Part shown: in pieces, positions 17,610-26,584 of the stretch
Layout of the letters: the number at the start of each line of letters is the position of its first letter
Position numbering within the stretch: the stretch's first letter is position 1
Assembly (NCBI GenBank): GCA_018970245.1
Contig: JAGWWT010000006.1
Location: forward strand, 1-53,864
Source: Patescibacteria group bacterium
Lineage (GTDB): Bacteria > Patescibacteriota > Minisyncoccia > Phycocordibacterales > PALSA-1337
Reading direction: 5' to 3'
DNA length: 53,864 nucleotides
Made by a program: the position numbers and the translations under genes
Notes under the pieces: generated by a model
The model's input: the letters and a program-made list of their open reading frames with translations, nothing else
Told to the model about the DNA's origin: nothing
The model's database searches: none

Positions 17610-19661
17610 ATGCCTAAACCCTCCGCCGCGGCCGGGCAGCTGGCCGCGGAGAAACTGTCGTCGTCCGGGCTGACCATGGAGGACGGGAAGGCGCTGGGCG
17701 TTTCGGTCTTGGAGCCGGAGCAAACCGCGGCGCTCGACCCGCGCTACCCCGTCCCTTCCCTGCTGTTCCGCTACTTCGACGTGGCGGGCGCCGAGATCCG
17801 CTGGCCATTGGAGAAGGGCAAACCGTTTTGGCGCATCCGGCTGCTGCAGAACCCACCGGGATTCAAAGGTTTGGTGGAGAAGCCGCGGCGCTACCTGCAG
17901 ACGCCCGGCACGCCCCCGTTCGCCTATCTGCCTAAGACCGAGGATTGGAACGCCGTCGCGACCGACCCTACCATCCCCGTCTTGCTGACGGAAGGGGAGC
18001 TGAAAGCGGCGTGCGCGTGCGTCAATGGATTCATCACCATCGGGCTCGGCGGCGTCTACAATTGGCGGTCCATGGGACGAGGGATCGCCTTCCTGCCGGG
18101 GTTGGAGCGCTTCGATTGGTTCGGTCGCCACGTCTACGTCTGTTTCGATAGCGACTACGCCAGCAACGAGATGGTCTGCGCCGCGATCAAGGAATTGGCC
18201 GACGAGATGGAACGGCGCGGGGCGATCGCGCACCTTTGTGCATTGCCGGCGCTGCTGCCCGGTGGCAAGACGGGGCTGGACGACTACCTGGTACATGATG
18301 AGGGTGGTGTGGAGGGTCTGCAACGGCTGCTCCACGAGGCGCCACCCCTCGGTCTGTCCACGCCGCTGTTCAACCTCAACAAGCGGTATGTCTACGTTCG
18401 TAAGGACAATATCATCGTCGATCTGGAGACTTTCGCCAAGGTCTCACCGGACACATTCAAGACCAGCCTGGAGGCGTCGTCACGGACCCACGAAGCCGTG
18501 CTGCGGGCCGACGGTACACTGGCCTACAAATCCGTCCCCGCCGCCAAACGTTGGATCGAATGGCCTTTACGCCACGAAGTCAAGGCCATGACCTACCGCC
18601 CGGGCGCGGAGCGTGAACCGGAGGACGGCACACTTAACCTGTGGCAAGGTTGGGGGCTGGAACCCAAGCGCGACGACGCCCTCGCCAAGATGTTCTTCGA
18701 TTTGGTCAAGCACCTATTCAAAAGCGCGGACGACGGCGCGATGGATTGGTTCCTCGATTGGCTGGCCTATCCTTTGCAGCATCCCGGGGTCAAGATGTTC
18801 GCCACCGCGGTGCTCCACGGGACGAGGCAAGGGACGGGCAAGAGTTTTATAGGCTACACCATCGGGAAGATTTACGGCGCCAATTTCACCGAGATCAAGT
18901 CGGGACACCTGCAATCCGGGTTCAATGAATGGGCGGAGGCGAAGCAATTCGTCATGGGTGACGATGTGACAGGAAGTGACCGCCGCGCCGACGCCGATAT
19001 GCTCAAAAGCCTTATCACCCAATCCGAGATCCGCATCAACACCAAATACGTCCCGAGCTACGTCATCCCCGATTGCATCAATTATCTGTTCACATCCAAC
19101 CATCCGGATGTGTTCTTCCTGGACGACGATGACCGCCGCTATTTCGTCATCGAGATCATGGTCGAACCTTTGCCGGACAGTTTCTACGCCGCCTACGACA
19201 AAGCCTACCGGGACGGTAGTTTGAGCGCAGCCGTCTTCGACGCGTTGCTGCGACGTGACGTCTCCAAATTCAACCCACGAGCCAAAGCCTTCCGCACCTC
19301 CGCGCGCGACCGCATGGTGGCCATCGGTCTCAGCGACGTCGGCAACTGGGTGCGCCAGCTCTTGGAGGACCCCGGCAGGCTGATCCCGCCGAGCGGTGCG
19401 GCGCGTGATCTGTGGACGGCGAAGGAACTGTTGGACCTCTACGACCCCGTGGGGAAGGGGCGCGTCGCCGTCATGGGTATGGCCCGTGAACTGAAGCGCG
19501 CCGGCGCCATCATGGTCCATAACGGCAAGCCCATCCCCGGACCGGAGGGACAGCAACGGTACTTCTGCATTCGTAATGTGGCCAAGTGGTCCATCGCCCC
19601 CGTCGCCGGCCTGGTGAAGCACATCATGGAGACGACCGGGACGGGAGGGACGAAGTTTTGA
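17610..19661 (+). CDS. primase-helicase (DUF3854/TOPRIM-like primase plus SF3-type helicase)
   Basis: TEGELKA, FDSD, GKTGLDDY; Walker A GTRQGTGKS, Walker B VMGDD, TSNH, DRRY. Confidence 0.9.
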   Translation: MPKPSAAAGQLAAEKLSSSGLTMEDGKALGVSVLEPEQTAALDPRYPVPSLLFRYFDVAGAEIRWPLEKGKPFWRIRLLQNPPGFKGLVEKPRRYLQTPGTPPFAYLPKTEDWNAVATDPTIPVLLTEGELKAACACVNGFITIGLGGVYNWRSMGRGIAFLPGLERFDWFGRHVYVCFDSDYASNEMVCAAIKELADEMERRGAIAHLCALPALLPGGKTGLDDYLVHDEGGVEGLQRLLHEAPPLGLSTPLFNLNKRYVYVRKDNIIVDLETFAKVSPDTFKTSLEASSRTHEAVLRADGTLAYKSVPAAKRWIEWPLRHEVKAMTYRPGAEREPEDGTLNLWQGWGLEPKRDDALAKMFFDLVKHLFKSADDGAMDWFLDWLAYPLQHPGVKMFATAVLHGTRQGTGKSFIGYTIGKIYGANFTEIKSGHLQSGFNEWAEAKQFVMGDDVTGSDRRADADMLKSLITQSEIRINTKYVPSYVIPDCINYLFTSNHPDVFFLDDDDRRYFVIEIMVEPLPDSFYAAYDKAYRDGSLSAAVFDALLRRDVSKFNPRAKAFRTSARDRMVAIGLSDVGNWVRQLLEDPGRLIPPSGAARDLWTAKELLDLYDPVGKGRVAVMGMARELKRAGAIMVHNGKPIPGPEGQQRYFCIRNVAKWSIAPVAGLVKHIMETTGTGGTKF

Positions 19662-19942
19662 AGGACCCGTGGAAAGTGCTCGGCCTTGACAAGGCCACGG
19701 CCACCGAGCGCGACGTGCGAAGCGCCTGGCGCGCCCTTGCCCCTACCGTCCACCCGGACGCCGGGGGCGATCCGGAGGCGTTTCGGGCCCTTTCTAGCGC
19801 GTATAGAGCCGCCCTAGACTACGCCCGGCAGCCGCGGCGATGCCCTACGTGCAAGGGGCGGGGATGGGTGTCCCGGCGCGGCGCGTCCTTCGCAGGGTCG
19901 AAGACGGCCTGCACGGAGTGTGCAGGGAAGGGTGTAAAATAA
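19658..19942 (+). CDS. mini J-domain (DnaJ-like) protein with zinc finger
   Basis: DPWKVLGL...HPDAGG, then CPTCKGRG and CTECAGKG. Confidence 0.85.
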   Translation: MKDPWKVLGLDKATATERDVRSAWRALAPTVHPDAGGDPEAFRALSSAYRAALDYARQPRRCPTCKGRGWVSRRGASFAGSKTACTECAGKGVK

Positions 19943-19946
19943 ATTA

Positions 19947-19975
19947 TTTACTTTTCGATGGGCAATCCGTAAAAT
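19947..19975 (+). promoter_or_regulatory. sigma70-type promoter
   Basis: TTTACT-N17-TAAAAT with AAAATAAATTA UP element. Confidence 0.65.
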
Positions 19976-20016
19976 GGGTCCGTCGCCCTAGACACCCACC
20001 CCGAAAGGAGAACATC

Positions 20017-20607
20017 ATGGAACTGGACAGCAGGGAGAAATGGTTGAAGAAAGCCGTCGACGGGATGCGGCCGATGTTCAAAGCCGCCGGCGCCGAGATC
20101 CCCACGGGGCTGCAGATCCTGGTCAGTTGGCCGCTCAGCAAAGGCCGCGGCGTGCAAGGCGAGTATTACCACGCCGGCTGGGCCGCGGACGGCAAAACCC
20201 CCTACATCACCGTCACCCCCACGCTGGCGGACGCCGCGGAGACGCTGAGCGTGCTGGTCCACGAGGTCTGCCACGCCTGCCTGCCGAAGGGCACCAAGCA
20301 CAAGAAGGCGTTCGCTGAACTGGCCGCCGGCGTCGGGCTCGAGAAGCCTTGGCCAGCGACGACGGCCGGGGAGGTGTTGAAAGTGAAGCTGGCGGAGCTG
20401 GCCAAAAAGCTGGGCCCCTTCCCCCACACCGCCATGCTGCGCCATGATCCGACCAAGGAGGAAAAGCCGAAGGCCAAGGCGCAAATGAAACTGGGCTGTG
20501 AGTGTTCCGAGGGGTTGGCGGTCTGGATGACCCCGCGGCAGGCTGAGGACTTCGGGGTGCCCTACTGCCCCCAATGCAAGAAGCCCATGGTGGAGGTGGA
20601 CCGATGA
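20017..20607 (+). CDS. SprT-like zinc metalloprotease
   Basis: HEVCH...H-x3-F, C-terminal CxC...CxxC. Confidence 0.75.
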   Translation: MELDSREKWLKKAVDGMRPMFKAAGAEIPTGLQILVSWPLSKGRGVQGEYYHAGWAADGKTPYITVTPTLADAAETLSVLVHEVCHACLPKGTKHKKAFAELAAGVGLEKPWPATTAGEVLKVKLAELAKKLGPFPHTAMLRHDPTKEEKPKAKAQMKLGCECSEGLAVWMTPRQAEDFGVPYCPQCKKPMVEVDR

Positions 20608-21149
20608 GCACACCCACTGAGATCGGCTCCCTCCTCAAATCACCGCAAGGCGCCGTGTTCAGCAGCGACGGACGCTACCGCTACCTTCTGTGGCGGACGG
20701 TGGGTGACAGTGGTGGCACGGACCTCAGCTTCATCATGCTCAATCCATCGACGGCCTCGGCCACGGAGGATGATCCCACCATTCGTCGCTGCGTCGGTTT
20801 CGCCAAGGAGTGGGGGTGCTCTAGGTTGCTGGTGGCCAACCTCTACGCCTTGCGGTCCACGGATCCGAAAGAACTGTGGCGGACGCGGACGCTGGAGGAA
20901 CGGATGGGCGCGGAAAACCGTGATTGGCTGCGGGCTGCGGTCAAACAATCCGACCTGGTGGTGGCCGCGTGGGGTGCGGAAGCGCGCAAGGATCCATTCT
21001 CCGTCGAAGCGATGTTCTCGGGCATCGCCAAGGCCGCCCGTAAGCCCATCTTTCGCTTGGGTGAGCCCACACGCTATGGGCAGCCGCGCCATCCGCTCTA
21101 TGTGCGCGGTGATGTCATGCTTCAATCCGTCACTCTGGGTGAATTATGA
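20604..21149 (+). CDS. DUF1643 family protein
   Basis: YRYLLWR, MLNPSTA, DDPTIRRC, AAWG, PRHPLY. Confidence 0.9.
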   Translation: MSTPTEIGSLLKSPQGAVFSSDGRYRYLLWRTVGDSGGTDLSFIMLNPSTASATEDDPTIRRCVGFAKEWGCSRLLVANLYALRSTDPKELWRTRTLEERMGAENRDWLRAAVKQSDLVVAAWGAEARKDPFSVEAMFSGIAKAARKPIFRLGEPTRYGQPRHPLYVRGDVMLQSVTLGEL

Positions 21150-21352
21150 GTAAGCAGCCGGAGTGGGTCCAGCGCGTGGCGGAAAGCGAGAAGTGTGAGC
21201 TGCGGTCGCTGATGACTAAGGACAGCATGCATTGCTGCCCGGGCCATCGGGTCGTGGCGTTGATGGCGATTCCGCAGATGTTCACCATCGCGCTCGACGC
21301 GGAGGACAAATATTGGCGGTCCGGGATCTACGAACAGCTCAATAAGAATTAA
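21146..21352 (+). CDS. hypothetical protein
   Basis: ATGA overlap with the upstream gene. Confidence 0.6.
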   Translation: MSKQPEWVQRVAESEKCELRSLMTKDSMHCCPGHRVVALMAIPQMFTIALDAEDKYWRSGIYEQLNKN

Positions 21353-21384
21353 TTTATTTACACCGAACGCAAAGGAGGAGTACG

Positions 21385-21771
21385 ATGGGCGAAAGGGTTA
21401 TCCCGGAGACGTTGGGCGCGTGTGCGGACGCCTTGTACAAGGCCCGCGAGGAGCGCTACGCGTTGCAGAAGAAAGTCACGGAGATCGAGGAATACGAAAG
21501 CGCACTGAAGGAAAAGCTGATCCGGGAGTTGCCCAAGGGCGAAGCGTCAGGCGTCGCGGGCAGGGTGGCACGGGTCAGCGTGGAAGGCAAGCCGGTTCCT
21601 CGCGTGGAGGACTGGGACGCACTGTTGGAGCACGTCCGCAAGACGAGGGGCTTCGACCTTTTGCAGCGGCGTGTCAATGATGCGGCGGTGCGTGAGCGCT
21701 GGGACGACCGTAAGACGGTCCCCGGGGTGGCGGTGTTCAACGCCACGGTGGTCAAGATCAACAAGTTGTAG
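21385..21771 (+). CDS. conserved phage replication-module protein
   Basis: AAGGAGGAG RBS; coiled coil followed by VEDW...DLLQRR...PGV. Confidence 0.8.
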   Translation: MGERVIPETLGACADALYKAREERYALQKKVTEIEEYESALKEKLIRELPKGEASGVAGRVARVSVEGKPVPRVEDWDALLEHVRKTRGFDLLQRRVNDAAVRERWDDRKTVPGVAVFNATVVKINKL

Positions 21772-21800
21772 CCTTGGACAACAACCTCAAAGGAGAGCAA

Positions 21801-22136
21801 ATGAAAGCATCGGTGGTCAATGAAGAAGTCACCTCCAAGACCAATCTGGTCTACACGGATCTGTTGGAGGTTTTCAAGAAGCACGGCGTCAAGATCGCGT
21901 CCGGTGCCGGGATGAAGGACAAAGAGGATGACGAAAAAACGACCGGCGTCGACGACCGTGGGGATTGCTTCGGCTATATCTTCGGCCTGTTCAAGGCCCA
22001 CGATGAAGGTGTAGCCGGCACCATCCGCGCCGAAATGTCCCAGCAGCAGAACGCGTCCTTGTCCTTGCGGACGATGCGAAGGCTCAGCCCATTGCTGCGG
22101 GTCGAAGTCCTCAGCAGGCTAGGCGAGACGGACTGA
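21801..22136 (+). CDS. hypothetical protein
   Basis: AAGGAG RBS. Confidence 0.7.
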   Translation: MKASVVNEEVTSKTNLVYTDLLEVFKKHGVKIASGAGMKDKEDDEKTTGVDDRGDCFGYIFGLFKAHDEGVAGTIRAEMSQQQNASLSLRTMRRLSPLLRVEVLSRLGETD

Positions 22137-22276
22137 CCAACAAGCGCGGCCCGAAAGGGACCGCGCGCCGGGGGTGGCGAGTGGGCGGAGGGCCTTTCCT
22201 CCTTTCCCCCTTCGCCCCCTAGGGCCGTCGCCCTCGGCGCCCGGTCCCTTTCCATCCACCACTACAGGAGAACAGT

Positions 22277-23221
22277 ATGCCCAAGAAACCGGAACCCGTC
22301 AGGCCCGCCAGCACCGCCCTCGTCCCGTGGGATGAGGAGTTGGCTTCCGCCGCCCAAAGCGCGGCCGCCATGCAGCAATCCAGTGGAGGCGCCCAATTCT
22401 TCAGCACACGCTCCGGCATCCTGTCTTTCGACGGCGCACCGTTCGAGGACAACCAGATGGCCACGGTGGTGGTCGCGGAACGTCTGGAGAATGTCTACTA
22501 TGGCGGCGAATACGATGAGAACAACAAGACCAGCCCGCTGTGCTTCGCCTTCGGCACCGACCCCGCCACCATGGCGCCACACCAAGTCTGCGTGGACGCC
22601 GGAACCGCACAGGCGGAAAGCTGCAAGGTCTGCCCCCACAACCAGTGGGGCACCGCGGCGAAGGGCAAGGGGAAGGCGTGCCGTAACACCCAGCGCTTGG
22701 CGCTGATCCCGGCGGGTGACATGGCCGCGGACGGGCGCGTGGAGCTGACCGATCCGGAGACGATGCGTGAAGCGGCGATCGCATACCTCAAACTGCCGGT
22801 GACCTCCGTCAAAGGGTGGGGTGCCTACGTCCGCCAGCTCAACGCCACCTTGCATCGTCCGCCCTATGCGGTCGTCACCCGGGTGAAGCTGACCCCACAC
22901 CCCAAGAACCAATTCCAAGTGCTGTTCTCCACGGTGGAGAAGCTGGCTGAGGAGTATCGGGACACCGTGACACAACGGCACAATGAGGCTGAGGAGCTGA
23001 TCGAATTTCCCTACCAACCGTGGTCAGAGCCCGTGGAAGCCGCGGAACCGGCGCCGGCCCCCGAGCCGCGTCGTGGCAACCTTCCCGTGCAGCGCGCTAC
23101 GCCGCCCCCGGCTCCTACCCCCGCGCCGCGCCCCGTCGCGCGTCCGGCGGCGCCCGTGGCGGCTCCTCGCCCCGTCGCGCGTCCGGCCCTTCCGGCAAAA
23201 AAGGGACCTTCCAAGTATTAG
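22277..23221 (+). CDS. putative ssDNA-binding/recombination protein
   Basis: CKVCPHNQWG...GKACRN, LKLPVTS, Pro/Ala-rich tail; upstream of the polymerase. Confidence 0.6.
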   Translation: MPKKPEPVRPASTALVPWDEELASAAQSAAAMQQSSGGAQFFSTRSGILSFDGAPFEDNQMATVVVAERLENVYYGGEYDENNKTSPLCFAFGTDPATMAPHQVCVDAGTAQAESCKVCPHNQWGTAAKGKGKACRNTQRLALIPAGDMAADGRVELTDPETMREAAIAYLKLPVTSVKGWGAYVRQLNATLHRPPYAVVTRVKLTPHPKNQFQVLFSTVEKLAEEYRDTVTQRHNEAEELIEFPYQPWSEPVEAAEPAPAPEPRRGNLPVQRATPPPAPTPAPRPVARPAAPVAAPRPVARPALPAKKGPSKY

Positions 23222-23227
23222 GAGCGT

Positions 23228-23479
23228 GTGATGACCAAGCCTATGGTGGGACGGAAATCCGCGGCTCCTGCGGCGTTGATGCCGCAGGACGCCGCGGAGC
23301 GCTTGATGAAGGATTGGGAAGCACTCAACATGTATCTCCGCGACGCCACGGAGTCGGAGTGCCTCAGCCTTCTGCATTTCTCGAGGAAAGTCGGCGCTCG
23401 CAAGCCTGTGGTCTCGAGGATCTTTTCACGTTTCAATGCTTTGCGTGGGCGGCGTGAAAGGATGGAGGCGCTGTCGTGA
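23228..23479 (+). CDS. hypothetical protein
   Basis: AGGAG RBS; operon position. Confidence 0.65.
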   Translation: MMTKPMVGRKSAAPAALMPQDAAERLMKDWEALNMYLRDATESECLSLLHFSRKVGARKPVVSRIFSRFNALRGRRERMEALS

Positions 23480-23565
23480 CGAATTTTTTCAAAATTCTTG
23501 GGTATGTGTGGCTCGTTTGCGCAGCCATCGGTCTGTTCATCGTGCTTCTTGAACGTATCCTGTGA
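23476..23565 (+). CDS. 29-aa single-pass membrane peptide
   Basis: GGAGG plus GTG; MTNFFKILGYVWLVCAAIGLFIVLLERIL; GTGA overlaps at both ends. Confidence 0.5.
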   Translation: MTNFFKILGYVWLVCAAIGLFIVLLERIL

Positions 23566-25466
23566 TCCGTCCCACCACGGTGGATTTTGAATCTCTGCCC
23601 ATCCGTCCGCGGCCCTATTACCCTCCCGTCCCGGTGGGGGTCAGTATCAAGCCGTGGGGCGGAAAGGCGATTTACTATGCGTGGGGGCATCCCAGTAAAA
23701 ACACGTGCTCTTGGGCGCAGGCGCGCAAGGCGCTAGGCGCGGTGTGGGACAGTGGAGCGCCGTTGCTATTCCACAACGCCAAATTCGATGTGGACCTGGC
23801 CGAAGTGCACATGGAATTGCCGCAGCCTTCGTGGGACCGCATCCACGACACCATGTATTTGGTGTTTCTGGAAGATCCCCACCAGCTTGAATTGGGATTG
23901 AAACCATCCGCGGATAGGCTGTTAGGCATCCCTCCCGAGGAGCGTGACGCGGTGGTGGCGTGGTTGTGTGAACATCAGCCGTTGTGGTGGACCGGGTTGC
24001 GCTTATCCGATAAGCCCGCGTCACCCCATTATGCCGGCGCCTACGTCGCTTATGCCCCGGGTGATTTGGTCGGCGCCTACGCCAATGGGGATGTGGTACG
24101 TACTGAGAAGTTGTTCACGGTGTTGCACGAACGCATCGTTAAGCGTGGCATGGAAGCGGCGTATGACCGGGAGCGTAAGTTGATGCCCATCCTCCTTCAT
24201 CTTGAGCGCCAAGGCATCAGGGTGGACAAGGACCGCCTTGGTCTGGACATCACTACCTATGGAATGGTCCATGATCGCTTGACGGAGTGGGTACAAGGAC
24301 GGCTACAATCGCCTTCACTCAATGTCGACAGTGGTCCGGCGTTGGTGGAGGCGATGCTGTCAGCCGGTGTGGCGGACGCGGCGTTGCTGGGCGTGACCCC
24401 CAAGACGGGCCGGCCCAAGACCGATAAGGAAAGTCTTAAGCGCGGAGTGCGTGACGCCCAATTGCTGGCGGTGTTAAAATACCGCACCCAATTGGGCACT
24501 TGCCTGCACACCTTTATGCGGCCATGGATGGAAACCGCCACGGCATCCAACGGTTTGATCCACACCGTGTGGAACCAGACCAAAATGGAACGCGGTGAGG
24601 ACACGGCCGGGACACGGACGGGTCGGTTGAGCAGCAATCCCAATTTCCAGAATATCCCGAAGAAATTCGAGCCGGTGTTCACCGACGAGGCGCCTGCGCC
24701 TTTCGATTTACCACCCCTTCCTCTGGTACGTGGTTACGTCATCCCGTGGAAGCCGAAGGAAGTGTTGGTGGATAGGGACTATTCCCAACAGGAACTGCGC
24801 ATTCTCGCCCACTATGAGGATGGGCAACTGCTGCAATCCTATAAGGCCAACCCGTGGATGGATGTGCATGACTTGGCCCGTGAGCTGATTAACCGGCTCT
24901 TGCACAAGGACTTCCCACGTAAGCACATCAAGAACACCGGCTTCGGACTGCTGTACGGGATGGGTGTGGGCAAGCTGGCCGTCAAGAACGAGACCACCGT
25001 TGATTTGGCGCGCGAAGTGCAGCAAGCCTATCTGTCCATTTTCCCCGGTCTTAAGCGGATGCAATATGACATGAAACTCCGCGCGGCGTCCAAGAAGCCC
25101 ATCCGGACGTGGGGAGGCCGGGAGTATTACTGTGAGGAAGCCAAAATCATTGAAGGCAAGCTACGCCAATTCGACTATAAACTCCTCAATGTGCTGATTC
25201 AAGGTTCCGCCGCGGACTGCACCAAGGAAGCTATTCTCAATTATTGGGAGGCGAAACCAAAAGGACACACCCTCTATTTGACGGTGCACGACGAAGTGTT
25301 GGTGTCGGCGCCGGAGCGTGAACTGCGTTCGGCACACAAGATTTTGCGTGAGGCGATGGAGAGCGTTCCCTTCGACGTTCCCATGCTATCCGAAGGGACC
25401 TGGGGGCGGGACTGGGCCCACCTGCAGGACTTCGACAAGGAAGGCCGGGAGGTGGTGCATGCCTAG
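23562..25466 (+). CDS. polA: DNA polymerase, family A, with 3'-5' exonuclease
   Basis: DFES, HNAKFD, TGRLSSNPNFQNIP, DYSQQELR, KNTGFGLLYG, VHDEV. Confidence 0.96.
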   Translation: MIRPTTVDFESLPIRPRPYYPPVPVGVSIKPWGGKAIYYAWGHPSKNTCSWAQARKALGAVWDSGAPLLFHNAKFDVDLAEVHMELPQPSWDRIHDTMYLVFLEDPHQLELGLKPSADRLLGIPPEERDAVVAWLCEHQPLWWTGLRLSDKPASPHYAGAYVAYAPGDLVGAYANGDVVRTEKLFTVLHERIVKRGMEAAYDRERKLMPILLHLERQGIRVDKDRLGLDITTYGMVHDRLTEWVQGRLQSPSLNVDSGPALVEAMLSAGVADAALLGVTPKTGRPKTDKESLKRGVRDAQLLAVLKYRTQLGTCLHTFMRPWMETATASNGLIHTVWNQTKMERGEDTAGTRTGRLSSNPNFQNIPKKFEPVFTDEAPAPFDLPPLPLVRGYVIPWKPKEVLVDRDYSQQELRILAHYEDGQLLQSYKANPWMDVHDLARELINRLLHKDFPRKHIKNTGFGLLYGMGVGKLAVKNETTVDLAREVQQAYLSIFPGLKRMQYDMKLRAASKKPIRTWGGREYYCEEAKIIEGKLRQFDYKLLNVLIQGSAADCTKEAILNYWEAKPKGHTLYLTVHDEVLVSAPERELRSAHKILREAMESVPFDVPMLSEGTWGRDWAHLQDFDKEGREVVHA

Positions 25467-26193
25467 GGCCGACACATTCACAAGCTGGAGCAACAGCAGA
25501 TTGCGGGATTATCTGCTGTGTCCGTTCAAAGCGAAGTTGAAGCATTTGCTCAAATTGAAAGAGCCACAGAACGATGCCATGTCACGGGGCGACCGTATCC
25601 ACAAATTGGCTGAAGCGTGGATCCGCGGGCAAATAGACGGGGATCTGCCGGAGGAGCTGTCAAAATTCCCCGATCTATTCGCGTATCTCCGCGCTCGCTT
25701 CGCTAAGCGCAGTATCATGACCGTGGTGGAGGACAGTTGGGCCTACACTAAGGATTGGCAACCGACGACGTGGGATGACTGGACCGGAGCATGGCTCCGC
25801 ATCAAAATCGACGCCGCGTGGGAGCCGGAGGATGATCCGGGTGTGCTGGTGGTCAATGACTGGAAAACCGGCAAATTCCGGGACTCTGAAGCGGTGGAAT
25901 ATGAGGAGCAGTTGTCCCTCTACGCGCTCGGCGCGCTTCTGCAGCCGGCTTACACCCACATCCACACGGTGCGCGCGATGCTGAGCTATTTGGACCTTGG
26001 GCTGACCTATCCATCCAAGCCGGCGGATGTGAAGCGCCTGGTGTTCAAACGCAGTGACCTGCCGAAATTGAAGAAAGCGTGGGAGCGACGTGTGACTCCC
26101 ATGTTCGCCGACCGCACCTTCGACCCTACTCCGAACCGTTATTGCGGATGGTGCCATTTCCGCAAGGCCAACGGTGGCCCCTGTCGCTATTGA
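25459..26193 (+). CDS. PD-(D/E)XK exonuclease (RecB/Cas4-like)
   Basis: CPF...GDRIH, KID, DWKTGK, QLSLY, CGWC...C. Confidence 0.88.
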   Translation: MPRADTFTSWSNSRLRDYLLCPFKAKLKHLLKLKEPQNDAMSRGDRIHKLAEAWIRGQIDGDLPEELSKFPDLFAYLRARFAKRSIMTVVEDSWAYTKDWQPTTWDDWTGAWLRIKIDAAWEPEDDPGVLVVNDWKTGKFRDSEAVEYEEQLSLYALGALLQPAYTHIHTVRAMLSYLDLGLTYPSKPADVKRLVFKRSDLPKLKKAWERRVTPMFADRTFDPTPNRYCGWCHFRKANGGPCRY

Positions 26194-26194
26194 T

Positions 26195-26584
26195 ATGCCG
26201 CGCCGGCTGGAAGCGTCGATAGAAAACGCTGTGGTCCGCTGGGCTAGATCCCGCGGACTTGTTTGCATTAAGATGAATCCCCAAGGAATGAAAGGACTGC
26301 CGGACCGCTTGTTCCTTCTGCCCGGCGGCAATCCGTTCTTCCTTGAGTTGAAGCGGCCAGGTGAGAAGCCGCGGCCCACCCAAGTGTTTTGGCACGATCT
26401 TTTACGGAGGCTCGGCTATGCCGTCGCGGTTGCAGATTCAACAAGAACAGCAATCGATGCAGTGGTCCGGGCAAATGGACGGTCCTCCGAAGCTATGGAC
26501 CCCACACCCTTACCAGATGGACGCGATGCGGTGGATCCTGGCCAATCCCCACGGGGGCGTACTCGCCGATCCCGGGAAAGGTAA
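26195..26584 (+). CDS. VRR-NUC domain nuclease
   Basis: EASIE, GLPDR, FLELKRPG. Confidence 0.88.
   Translation: MPRRLEASIENAVVRWARSRGLVCIKMNPQGMKGLPDRLFLLPGGNPFFLELKRPGEKPRPTQVFWHDLLRRLGYAVAVADSTRTAIDAVVRANGRSSEAMDPTPLPDGRDAVDPGQSPRGRTRRSRER

Noticed and set aside
25459-26193. Cas4-like nuclease as part of a CRISPR system
   Set aside because: No repeat-spacer array or other cas genes seen; this is a standard phage replication-module exonuclease
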